DNA from: Opitutia bacterium | GTDB lineage: Bacteria; Verrucomicrobiota; Verrucomicrobiia; Opitutales; T3Sed10-336 | DNA length: 64,000 nucleotides | Reading direction: 5' to 3' | Assembly: GCA_050506795.1 (NCBI GenBank) | Contig: JBJHCF010000005.1 | Span: 32,001 to 96,000 of the forward strand | In this document: positions 17,491-26,411 of the stretch, in pieces | Numbering within the stretch: the stretch's first letter is position 1 | Layout: each line of letters begins with the position of its first letter | Notes under the pieces: generated by a model | Seen by the model: only the letters and a program-made list of their open reading frames with translations | Databases searched by the model: none | Told to the model about the DNA's origin: nothing | Made by a program: the position numbers and the translations under genes

Positions 17491-19335
17491 TTGGCAATGA
17501 TCACTCACATTGTAGAGCGAATTCGTGGAAGGATTGGATTCTACGGGGTCGTCATTTACCTGTCTACGATCCTTTCGATCACTCTTCTTGTGGGCTCCGG
17601 AGAGATACTGGAATGGGGAGAGTGGTATGCGCCGCATCTGACGTTGAGGCAACAGACGGATTCGTTGATGGAGGGTCGTCTCGGGTTGTCGGAGGAGGTC
17701 AGTGCTGTCAGGCACGATCATGTTTGGGATAACGGCCGAGTTCAGCAGGTTTGGGGGCTGGGGGTTCCGGCTTGGCGGTTGCCGTTCGAGGTGATTTCGA
17801 GGTTGCTGGAGCGGCCAGTCTTTCCGGACAGAATTGCGTTTGGTGTGGCGGTGGCTTTGGTGTCTGGCCTCGTGATTCGCGCATTTTTGGCGCCAGCGGG
17901 GAGTCTGGATATTCGATCGTGGGGGGATCACCTGCGACGTCATTGGGAAACGGGCGTGGCGCCGTTCCTACTCGTGTTGTTTCCGCCGTTTTTGAATCTC
18001 CTGAGTGCCGGGCGGTTTACGGTGTACGAAGAGGTGCAGGCCTACAGCTACCTTGCCGGAATCGGAATTCTGGCCGGAGTGATGCTTTTTCTTCGGGAAC
18101 CGCGCCTCTGGCTGTTTCTGGTGGTATCGGCTATGGGCGGGCTCGCGGCATTCGTTCGGCCAACCGCCGGGATTTTCGGGATCGCGGCGTTGGTCGTACT
18201 GCTGATTCGCGGGTACGGTCTCAGATGGTCGCTGAGAAGGTTGGGGGCGGGTGTGGCTCTTTTTCTCGTCGGTGGGGTATTGTTGTACGTTGCAAACTGG
18301 ATCCGATTCGGCGCGGGATTTGAGTTTGGACATTATTTGAATTTGAACGACGGTCACACGATGCGGTTTGCGGGACGCTTCGAGGCGCCGTATCAATCGG
18401 AGCCGTTTTTTTCCGCGTGGCGCGAACTGGGCAGTCTGCTGTTCGTTGAGGACGGGTATCGTTCGGATACCTTGCGGTGGCGGCAGATCTACTTTCGCGG
18501 ATTCAATCTCAGTTATTTGCCGCCATTACTTATTGCCTGCGTATGGTCCGGGTGTCGATTTTGGCGGATGTTTCGAAAGCGGGAGTTGTCGTTCGGAGAG
18601 GGAGACGTTTTGGGATTCTGGTGCATTGTGTGTTCGGTGCCGCTGCTTCTGTTCTACCTGCGTTGTCCGTTTATAAACTCGCGGTACCTCCTGGATTTCG
18701 CTCCGGGATTTGCGGCGGGAATTCTGGCGTTTGTTTACCTGTTGCGGGATTGGGGGGTGCGGCGGTTCGGATCCGGGTTTCGCTGGGCGGTGGTTGCGGG
18801 GGTCGTCTTATGGTGGGGATGGCAGGTGTTGTTTGCGACCGAGTTTGGCACGGGTCGTATCTGGGATCCCGCGATCACGCGCGAGGAGTTGACTCAACGG
18901 ATGGGAGAGGGTTCCCGGGAGTTTCGAGCGATGCCCGAAGTTTACGAAGCGGGCATGCCTGTTGGAGAGTATGTCGGGATGCACAACGGCTCCGGATGGA
19001 ATTCCAACCTTGGAAATACACGGGCATCGATCGCATTGTTTGTCGACGACCCGGAGTTCGTGGAGTTTACCGTAGCGCCTGCCGAAGGGGTAGATCTCTC
19101 GCCCGAGGACTACGAAATCATTCAGGCAAAGGTTGGATTGGAGTTCCTGGAACTTGAAAGCGTGACCCCCGCGGAGGAGGGGATGATGGTTCGGTTTGCG
19201 GGACCGGAACGGAAACGGTACCAGACGGGGATCCAGGTGGTGTTTGCCGCGTTTATGACGGCGGAGGAGGTGGACGGAGGGAATTCTCGATTCCGCCTGT
19301 TGCGGGTGCGGTGGAAGGGAAATGAGGAAGGTTGA
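17491..19335 (+). CDS. Polytopic membrane protein, putative GT-C-like glycosyltransferase
   Basis: About 11-12 hydrophobic segments, large first loop (QQTDSLMEGRL...DHVWDNGRVQQVWG), VYEE, FVRPT, SRYLLDF, soluble C-terminal domain. Confidence 0.5.
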   Translation: MAMITHIVERIRGRIGFYGVVIYLSTILSITLLVGSGEILEWGEWYAPHLTLRQQTDSLMEGRLGLSEEVSAVRHDHVWDNGRVQQVWGLGVPAWRLPFEVISRLLERPVFPDRIAFGVAVALVSGLVIRAFLAPAGSLDIRSWGDHLRRHWETGVAPFLLVLFPPFLNLLSAGRFTVYEEVQAYSYLAGIGILAGVMLFLREPRLWLFLVVSAMGGLAAFVRPTAGIFGIAALVVLLIRGYGLRWSLRRLGAGVALFLVGGVLLYVANWIRFGAGFEFGHYLNLNDGHTMRFAGRFEAPYQSEPFFSAWRELGSLLFVEDGYRSDTLRWRQIYFRGFNLSYLPPLLIACVWSGCRFWRMFRKRELSFGEGDVLGFWCIVCSVPLLLFYLRCPFINSRYLLDFAPGFAAGILAFVYLLRDWGVRRFGSGFRWAVVAGVVLWWGWQVLFATEFGTGRIWDPAITREELTQRMGEGSREFRAMPEVYEAGMPVGEYVGMHNGSGWNSNLGNTRASIALFVDDPEFVEFTVAPAEGVDLSPEDYEIIQAKVGLEFLELESVTPAEEGMMVRFAGPERKRYQTGIQVVFAAFMTAEEVDGGNSRFRLLRVRWKGNEEG

Positions 19336-19483
19336 AGGTCGATTCCAGCGCCTGTGCTAGGATCGATCGCCTTGTCCGTGCCATCCGGTCCGGATGGCCT
19401 TTCGGGCGGAAACCGGCAAGGTAGAAGGTAGGAGGATTTGAGAAGAAGTCGAGAGCAACATCGATCAAAACAACCCAGAAACG

Positions 19484-19945
19484 ATGAGCAGCCTCCTGGA
19501 ACAGATTGAGGATTAGGATGGATAAGGCCGAGCGCGCTCGCTACCGGGCACCGGATTTGGCCGAAGAATGCGGTGCTTCGCACCGGCAACTATGCGGTTT
19601 TTCCAAAACCGTTGCGGTATTCCTCCCCATACCTGGTTGAAGAAAATTCGAATGTGGAAGTCACTTCCCAGGCTTCGCGAGACGCGGCACGTATCCGAAG
19701 TCGCCCATGAGTTGCATTTTGATCGTGTTTCCACGTTCAACGAACATTTTCGCGATACTTTCGGGTGCGCGCCGCGCCAGTTTATCGTGAACCCGGAGAT
19801 GATACTCGACAACACGGTTGCGAAGACTCCTGGAATTCAGGATGCAAACGGAAGCAATCCGATGTCGGAGCTATCGAGTCTGGCACGAAGCACGATTGAA
19901 GCGATACGGAGCGAAAAAAACGCCACAAATGTCCGTAATGCGTAA
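19484..19945 (+). pseudogene. Small stand-alone AraC-family HTH regulator with two frameshifts
   Basis: Reconstructs as MSSLLEQIEDW-MDKAERARYRAPDLAEECGASHRQL-MRFFQNRCGIPPHTWLKKIRM...VSEVAHELHFDRVSTFNEHFRDTFGCAPRQF; +1 near 19515 and -1 near 19591. Confidence 0.7.
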
Positions 19946-19984
19946 GAATGTCCGGAAAGCGTAAGAATGTCCGGAAAGCGTAAG
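19928..19984 (+). repeat. Three 19-bp tandem direct repeats AATGTCCGGAAAGCGTAAG
   Basis: Units at 19928, 19947 and 19966; the first has 2 mismatches; no spacers. Confidence 0.95.
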
Positions 19985-20101
19985 AGATTTTCGTTGTGAT
20001 CGCGAGAGTCACAGTCATTTTTGATGAGGTAAAAGAGGGAATTCCGTAGCATTTGGGGACCTCATCGAATCCGAAAATACCTGATCAGGACGAACAGACC
20101 A

Positions 20102-20347
20102 ATGAATCTGCCAACAAGCAAAGTCGGTCGCAACGGAAGCCGGTTCCTAAACGCTACGGGAATTATTCTGACCGTCACCGGATTGGCGAAGGTATTCACC
20201 GTTACCGGGGAATCCACCTTGCTTGAGGTCCCCGATCCGATTTTCGGAATGGAGTTTCGTTACCTGATGCTATTGGGCTTCCTCCTAATTGGCAGTTACG
20301 GAATAATGGCAATCCTAGTTTGGCAAAATCCGATGGAGCAAGGATAA
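20102..20347 (+). pseudogene. MauE/DoxX-like membrane protein, apparently internally deleted
   Basis: GIILTVTGLAKV...PDPIFG..FRYLML joined directly to LGFLLIGSY; the central CxC-G segment expected in MauE-like proteins is absent. Confidence 0.5.
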
Positions 20348-20378
20348 AACGCAATAGAATACAGGTTATAGAACCTAG

Positions 20379-21371
20379 ATGAGAAATCCTCGTACCTATA
20401 TATTTCTTTTTATTTTAATAGGTCCACTTGATCTCTGCGGTGACCAAGGTGACGAATTGGCGGAGTTTCGAAATGGTCTTCCTGAGGGAATATATACGAT
20501 ACAAAAGTCGCGGGCGTTCCAGCCGATGGCGTTCTCTTCTCGGGAAGAGGGTGAAGCTTGGCTGGCTGAGAATCCCGGACCACCCGAGCCACCGCTGTAT
20601 CAACTTTACTTTACTGGTGATGATTATATGATCCGCCTGTTAAGCGCCGAAGGAGACCAGCCGCTAATTCAAGGCGCTATTTCAGAAGACGGATCATGGT
20701 TCCATGAAGGATCGGACAGCAGGAATCGCGTAAAATATTCAGATACTGATTTGAGAGATTATGAAGGCGGGCGATTGGGGCCGCATAGGAGTTATCTAGA
20801 GAAAAAATTTCGTGAACTGCGTATGATGGGTTTACAGCACATCGATTGGGAAACAATTGATTTTCATGATGGAAATCGGATAACCGGGAAGAGTTCCACT
20901 GAGTCAGGTGCGGCTTCTTTTCATGGAAAGGTAGAACAAGACGCATCTGGACGGATAGAGGGGATTGCGTATCATGTGGATGGTGACCGATTCGCGTATA
21001 AGCTGGAGATTGGGCGGGACAATGACTTGGGTCTAGTCACCAAGGTGCGTGTAGACAGGGGATCAAATATTGAAACCGAGAGATGGCAGTTTCATGCGGA
21101 ATACTTGATCCAAGATGTCTCAGAAATTTCGAACGAAATTGATTTCGCCAATTATTGGAAAGAAATTCTAGAACCGAGAATGGTGTTTAATTATTGTCCT
21201 GTCTCAGACGAATTGCGATATTTTGATGCCCAGGGAGACGAGCAGGTCGTCAGGGAAGCACCCGACAGAGAGTATAGAAAAGGGAGTAGGCGCGTGGTGT
21301 TGCTGATTGCCCTCGGCGTGGTTCTTTTCATTCCATTGGCGATCGCTCCGTTTATGGCGATGAAAAAGTAG
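20379..21371 (+). CDS. Hypothetical exported protein with signal peptide and C-terminal TM anchor
   Basis: Hydrophobic N-terminus; C-terminal RRVVLLIALGVVLFIPLAIAPFMAMKK; visibly lower GC. Confidence 0.75.
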   Translation: MRNPRTYIFLFILIGPLDLCGDQGDELAEFRNGLPEGIYTIQKSRAFQPMAFSSREEGEAWLAENPGPPEPPLYQLYFTGDDYMIRLLSAEGDQPLIQGAISEDGSWFHEGSDSRNRVKYSDTDLRDYEGGRLGPHRSYLEKKFRELRMMGLQHIDWETIDFHDGNRITGKSSTESGAASFHGKVEQDASGRIEGIAYHVDGDRFAYKLEIGRDNDLGLVTKVRVDRGSNIETERWQFHAEYLIQDVSEISNEIDFANYWKEILEPRMVFNYCPVSDELRYFDAQGDEQVVREAPDREYRKGSRRVVLLIALGVVLFIPLAIAPFMAMKK

Positions 21372-21435
21372 GGAGGTAGAATACATGCATGGTAACCGTA
21401 TTAGGAAATAACATACTAAGAAAGGTAGGTGAGTT

Positions 21436-21858
21436 ATGAATAATGAAAAAGCGAGAAAATCTTGGGTTGTGGCGATTCTGTTTTTAGCCATACCTATGAT
21501 GCCTGGTGTCGTGATAGCCTTTTGTTACATAGACGTTGTTAGTGAGTGTGGTGAGCAAGGGGAAACTGCTAAAGAAGTATTTTGTGGGTGGGACGAGAAC
21601 GGAGTTCCGGTATGGAGTGTCTGTTCTGTTACATTGGAAAAGGGAGAATATCCCAACTGTGTTAATCGTTTCCCGGATACGGGCGAACTGATCACACAGG
21701 GATCTATGGGATGCGATGATCTGAACTCATCTTCGTGTTTGCAACCTGCAGATTGGAGTGAAAACTGTTGCGACCCATACGGAGATCCTTCTCCATTCTT
21801 TGACTCGGGTGGTACAAATCACAAGGAAGCGAATGGCGAGGCGTGTATGTATACCTAG
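21436..21858 (+). CDS. Secreted cysteine-rich small protein (10 Cys)
   Basis: Signal peptide ending VVIA; 10 Cys in about 112-aa acidic mature part; AGGTGAG RBS. Confidence 0.75.
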   Translation: MNNEKARKSWVVAILFLAIPMMPGVVIAFCYIDVVSECGEQGETAKEVFCGWDENGVPVWSVCSVTLEKGEYPNCVNRFPDTGELITQGSMGCDDLNSSSCLQPADWSENCCDPYGDPSPFFDSGGTNHKEANGEACMYT

Positions 21859-22106
21859 AGCCTGTCCCAGGCGCAACCGAGGAGTTCGGGAAGAATTGGC
21901 GGCGTTGGGAAAAACGAAGACGGATTTAATCAGTCGCCCGCGAAAACAGGCATGGAAGCTGGACCTGGCGCAACGTATACGGGACAAGAGCGCCGCGCCC
22001 TACCGCTGGCATGCGGAGGCACTGGATATTGGAAGGCCCGAATCTCTTCGCGGTTACCTTTGCCGTCACAGAGGGATTAAGGATCAACGAACAACGGCCT
22101 GACCCC
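21859..22106 (+). mobile_element. 3' remnant of a RAYT-like transposase ending in CTGACCCC
   Basis: LGKTKTDLISRPRKQAWKLDLAQRIRDKSAAPYRWHAEALDIGRPESLRGYL resembles C-termini of PVC REP-associated tyrosine transposases. Confidence 0.55.
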
Positions 22107-22624
22107 TTCTTTCTTCTCCCCCCAAACGCAGCCGCCACTATTGCGAATCTCGCCCCTCCCTGGGCGTCCGGCGCCCGGAAGGTGTGCAGGTGCGTGCCGT
22201 CAGGCGCGAATAGATACGCCTGCCCTTCTCGACTATGCCCCGCCTGCATAGCCCCCACAAGAATGTTCTCTCCCACCGCGGTAACCGTATTGCCGAACAG
22301 CGTTGTGATCCGCGCATCGACCCGGCCGCTGCTGTACCAGTCGCGGTACAGCATCGCCGCCTCCGGGTCCGGGGCACGGAATGTCTGAAGATGCGTGCCG
22401 TCGGCAGCGAACGGATACGCCTTCCCGGCGTATCTGTTCGCTTCGGTACCGTCCGCAGGAGCCCCTATCAGGATCAAATCGCCTATTCCGGCCACCGAAA
22501 ACCCGAAGCCTCCCGAGTGCTGGGCGGGCGACTGGAGAATCCGAACATCCTGATCCGTCGCGCCACTTACGACCGCAAGGGAGATAATGAAGAAAACGAA
22601 AATGATAGAAATCCGTGTTCTCAT
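22107..22624 (-). pseudogene. FG-GAP-repeat secreted protein, truncated at the transposase remnant
   Basis: Signal peptide, GFGFSVA..ILIGAP, FGNTV..ILVGA, repeated DGTHL.TFRAPD; similarity stops near 22110. Confidence 0.65.
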
Positions 22625-22929
22625 AGTATTGCCTTTTCAATTGCCCCCCCTTCGAATCTGTTATGAGTCAGTTGGGCTTTCGTCATCCTCCTGTCCGAAA
22701 TCCGCCACCGTGGTCGAACACGGGTACGAAAATCCTACTGATTTCACGGTCGATGCCAACGGGTTTTTCACTTCGTGTTCACTCCTTTTGTTGGAACGAA
22801 TTAAGGGAAATGCTCTTTAGAGTATTTTGATCGGGATTTCTTCGATCGTAAATGAATAATCTGGTCCGTAGCGCTGTGTTGCTCTTTCAGGCATGGCGCC
22901 ACGGATTGAACTGCTCCCGATCCTTCCGC

Positions 22930-22964
22930 TTGACGATGCATACAAAACATGCATCTTTATATGC
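22930..22964 (+). promoter_or_regulatory. vapBC promoter with palindromic operator
   Basis: TTGACG-16-CATCTT-7-ATG; overlapping inverted repeat GATGCA-N9-TGCATC. Confidence 0.6.
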
Positions 22965-23183
22965 ATGAGGACGACACTCAACATTGACGATGATCTGTTG
23001 GCTGAAGCCATGCGGAGCACGGGTGAAACAGAGAAAACCGCTGTGGTCCGGATGGGTCTGGAAGCATTGGTCGAACGTGAAGCCGCCCGCCGCCTCGCAT
23101 CTCTCGGGGGCTTGATGCCCGACCTGAAGGTTTCCCAACGCCGCCGCCCGAAGCCCGCTCCGAAATCACATGCTTCTCGTTGA
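22965..23183 (+). CDS. vapB: VapB antitoxin
   Basis: MRTTLNIDDDLLAEAM...KTAVVRMGLEALV. Confidence 0.88.
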   Translation: MRTTLNIDDDLLAEAMRSTGETEKTAVVRMGLEALVEREAARRLASLGGLMPDLKVSQRRRPKPAPKSHASR

Positions 23184-23532
23184 TACATCGGTCTGGATTG
23201 AGCATTTCCGACGGGGCGTCCCGATGCTCGCGGATGCCCTGACCCAAAGGCTGGTCTTGCTGCATCCGAATGTCATCGGCGAACTGGCCACCGGCAACCT
23301 GAAAAACCGCACACGAACTCTTGCCGATCTCCGCCGCCAACCTGTGGCGGAAACCGGAACCTTCGAGGAGTGCCTGCACTTTATTGAGATTCACCATCTC
23401 TTCGGGATCGGCGTTGGCTGGAGCGATGCTCAAATTTTGGTTTCGGCCGGCCTGTCACGCGCACCGCTCTGGACCGTGGACAAACGCCTCGCCGAGGCAG
23501 CCGATCAACTCGGTTTTCTCTACAATCCGTAA
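23170..23532 (+). CDS. vapC: VapC PIN-domain toxin
   Basis: LLVDTSVWI, GEL, DAQILVSA, LWTVDKRL. Confidence 0.9.
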   Translation: MLLVDTSVWIEHFRRGVPMLADALTQRLVLLHPNVIGELATGNLKNRTRTLADLRRQPVAETGTFEECLHFIEIHHLFGIGVGWSDAQILVSAGLSRAPLWTVDKRLAEAADQLGFLYNP

Positions 23533-23749
23533 TTCTCCTTTACCCTGCCATCCTCTGATCGGGTACCGTTCGTCGGGATCAGCCCGTCCATCGGTGGTCC
23601 GGTTCTCTTCGAGTCCGGTCTTGTCGCTTCGCCCGGAACGGGCTTTTTCCATGGCATAATTGCCAGTTTGAAGTGTAACCGATGTCTTTGGTTTGTACCC
23701 TTCTGTCTTCCATCCGACCGAGCGAGTTGTCTGAACTGAGGGGGGGATA

Positions 23750-24388
23750 TTATTCACTGGGGGATATTCTAAGAATATCGGTCTTTGCCACGCACGTTTT
23801 GAGGAAGGACTTTTCCTCCTCGCCGAGCCGTTCCAGGTCACCACCTTCGAAATGGGTCAGGGTCCGGAGCGTCAGCGATGGATCCACCACTTTCGGAAAG
23901 AGTTTTTGCATGTTCTCCAATCCCTCTTCGAGGGAATGCCCTTCCTTCAGAATGGCGATAATGTCCAGATAATCCTTTGCCTCAATCCGTTGGTGAAGAG
24001 TTTTTAGCTTGTGCGCGAAAATGTCTCCGATCGATGCGATGCGAATCCCGTTCGGCGCCGTGACCGGCGGGTGAAGCAAGGGAAACGATAAATCGCCGAG
24101 AAAGGACAGTTTAACAGGCTCTTCCTCCACGAACAACACGCAGGTGAAGGTATTGGGGGCGGACTGAAGCACGTGCCTGGCTTCTTTCAAAAGTGTGACT
24201 TTCTCAATCAGTTTCTCCGGGTTGAAAGCCACGCTCGAGAAAAAATCGAAATCCACGGAGATTCGGTGACCCAACTGTAAGGATAGGGCTGTCCCTCCGT
24301 AGAGAATAAAATCCGCAAGCGCTTTGGCGTCCAGTCGACTCCAAAGCACCTGTTGGGCGGCAGGAAGCGTGTCAAGATGCACGGACAT
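23750..24388 (-). CDS. AbiEii/AbiGii-family nucleotidyltransferase toxin
   Basis: LYGGTALSLQLGHRISVDFDFF, HKLKTLHQRIEAKDYLDI. Confidence 0.85.
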   Translation of the reverse strand: MSVHLDTLPAAQQVLWSRLDAKALADFILYGGTALSLQLGHRISVDFDFFSSVAFNPEKLIEKVTLLKEARHVLQSAPNTFTCVLFVEEEPVKLSFLGDLSFPLLHPPVTAPNGIRIASIGDIFAHKLKTLHQRIEAKDYLDIIAILKEGHSLEEGLENMQKLFPKVVDPSLTLRTLTHFEGGDLERLGEEEKSFLKTCVAKTDILRISPSE

Positions 24389-24659
24389 CGCCGAGTTCCC
24401 TTTCTGGAAGTCGGACCTCTGGGAGCCGCAGAACGCAGTGCCAGTAACTCCAGGACTTCGGAGAGAATTCGCCGGGCTCCGCCTCCCGCAGACAGACCGC
24501 CAACTCCTCATCGGAAAAACGCCTCCGTAGATCCTGCCACATGGCAAGCGTGCCGAGATTCATTATCCGGCGAACGATATAGCCATCGCTGAATGAAGCC
24601 GGATCCTCCCACCAAATGAGCACCTTGGCGTGCTTCAATAAAACGGCGTCAACGTTCAT
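24372..24659 (-). CDS. Small cognate partner (putative antitoxin) of the nucleotidyltransferase
   Basis: LIWWED..IVRRIMNLGT..FSPKSWSYWH; overlaps the toxin start. Confidence 0.7.
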   Translation of the reverse strand: MNVDAVLLKHAKVLIWWEDPASFSDGYIVRRIMNLGTLAMWQDLRRRFSDEELAVCLREAEPGEFSPKSWSYWHCVLRLPEVRLPERELGDVRAS

Positions 24660-24953
24660 GCTTCCAGTATCGCCCGAGAGCGTCATGGGTCAACGTCTTT
24701 GAAGAGGTATCAAACCCATAGTTGGGCCTGTGAAGGGGGAGCCTGGTCTTCAGTCTTTTTTGTTATTCAGAGGGGAAACTAAAACCAACGCCAAAGACGC
24801 CAGGAAAATTCCCGTTCTCCATCGCCCCACCGGCTCCTTGTGCGCCCGTCTCATCTGTCTCAATTTTACCAGAGGAGCAGCCCCCGGAAAAGTCAGGCAT
24901 CCGTCCGCCGGGCCGAGCGCACAAACTCCCTCCCGCCCAAAATAAAAGTGTGC

Positions 24954-25490
24954 CTATTGCCGGAAAACCGACTCCAGCGAGGCGGCGTCCAGAATACTCT
25001 CGCCCCATCGCTCAATCTGGTCGGTCGTGGCGTCTTCGAGCAATTGACATACCCATTCGGGAAGTGGACCGAATCGGCGAATGAGTTGGCGCTCCAAAAG
25101 CAGGCGCTCTCCTTCCTGGCGAAACTGTTGTTCGAGTGTCATGACTGTTTGCCGAATGCGTTCATCTTTTACCATTTTAAGCCTCTCGAAAAAGGCCGGT
25201 TTGTCAAGGTCAGCGGCGGAGGCGATATAGCGCAGGATCTGCTCGAAGAGTTCCATGGACGCCTTGCCGACGAGGTCCTCGTCCCAGACCGGATCATCGA
25301 GCAGCATGCCGAGCCGTTCGGCTTTCATGACCCGGAGAGTGAGAATCCCGGCCGGAGTACCGCGGATCTGGTCGAAGGGTATGTCGGAGAGCTGGATGAG
25401 CTTCAGGGAGAAGTCGGGCACGACGGCGTCGAGTTCTCTATGCAGGGTTTCGGGAATGTCGAGGAGCGAGGCTCTTCGAACCGGGAAATC
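24954..25490 (-). pseudogene. 5'-truncated Rpn/YhgA-like protein with DUF4351-like C-terminus
   Basis: PDFSLKLIQLSD...VMTLEQQFRQEG..LLERQLIRRFGPLP...QIERWGESILDAASLESVF; N-terminal nuclease domain missing. Confidence 0.7.
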
Positions 25491-25525
25491 ACTTGGCGTG
25501 GATGGATTGTTCGGATTAGGCTCGT

Positions 25526-26341
25526 TTGGTGGAATCTGAAATCGAAAAGCGTGTGCTCGCCGGGCGCGAGGCGGTCGAAAAGCGAAAAGCCCTGGTGCAT
25601 GAAAAACTCGGCCGGGTGGAGAGTGAGTGGAAACACGACGCCTCCCGTGTCACGGAGGTGGATTTTGCGGTGGCTCGCGAGGTATTTGCCGAATTGGGTC
25701 AGGCGTTTCCGGACGACGACTATTTCAGTGAGGAAATGGACCCGGGGCAGGGAGCGCTCGAACTGCGGGGCGAATTTTCCTGGGTGTTGGATCCCATCGA
25801 CGGGACCAACAACTTCGCGGTCGGTATCTCCGCCTGCGCCATCAGCCTGGCCTTGTTGCGGGAGGGGCAACCGGTCTATGGGCTGTTATATGATGTCTCC
25901 CGTTCGCGGTTGATCGAGGGAGGGCCTGGAATCGGGCTCTGGGATGGCGGCCGGCCGACCGAGATGCGCCCCGCGCCCACTCGAACGAGTCCCACGGTGG
26001 GGGTGAATACTCCCCGCAACCGGGCCTTTGCCTCCCTGATGGGAGAAGTCGCGTCGCGTTACAAGATCCGTGCGCTCGGCAGCGGCGCGTTGAGTATGGG
26101 ATACGTCGGCGCCGGATTGCTGGACGGCGCGGTCGATGTCAACGTGAAGGTCTGGGATATCGCCGCCGCCCATGCCATTTGTCTGGCCGGGGGCGCCGAG
26201 GTGCGCTACCTCAACCGCGAGGTGTTTCCGTTGCGGAAATTCGACCTCGATATGCCCGCGGTTTATTATTGCGCGGGATCGGGTCCGGTTTGTGATGAAC
26301 TTGAAAAAATGGTGGCTAAAACGGTCCGAAGCGCTCAGTAA
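25526..26341 (+). CDS. Inositol monophosphatase family protein
   Basis: VTEVD, FSEE, WVLDPIDGTNNF, WDIAAA. Confidence 0.9.
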   Translation: MVESEIEKRVLAGREAVEKRKALVHEKLGRVESEWKHDASRVTEVDFAVAREVFAELGQAFPDDDYFSEEMDPGQGALELRGEFSWVLDPIDGTNNFAVGISACAISLALLREGQPVYGLLYDVSRSRLIEGGPGIGLWDGGRPTEMRPAPTRTSPTVGVNTPRNRAFASLMGEVASRYKIRALGSGALSMGYVGAGLLDGAVDVNVKVWDIAAAHAICLAGGAEVRYLNREVFPLRKFDLDMPAVYYCAGSGPVCDELEKMVAKTVRSAQ

Positions 26342-26411
26342 GGGAACATTTCGGGGTGTGGCGACATCGAAGTCGCTCGGGTTGCCGGAACCGGATCGGG
26401 ACTGAATCGCC

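Noticed and set aside
19928..19984. Possible CRISPR array
   Set aside because: Repeats are contiguous 19-mers without spacers; no cas genes in the window
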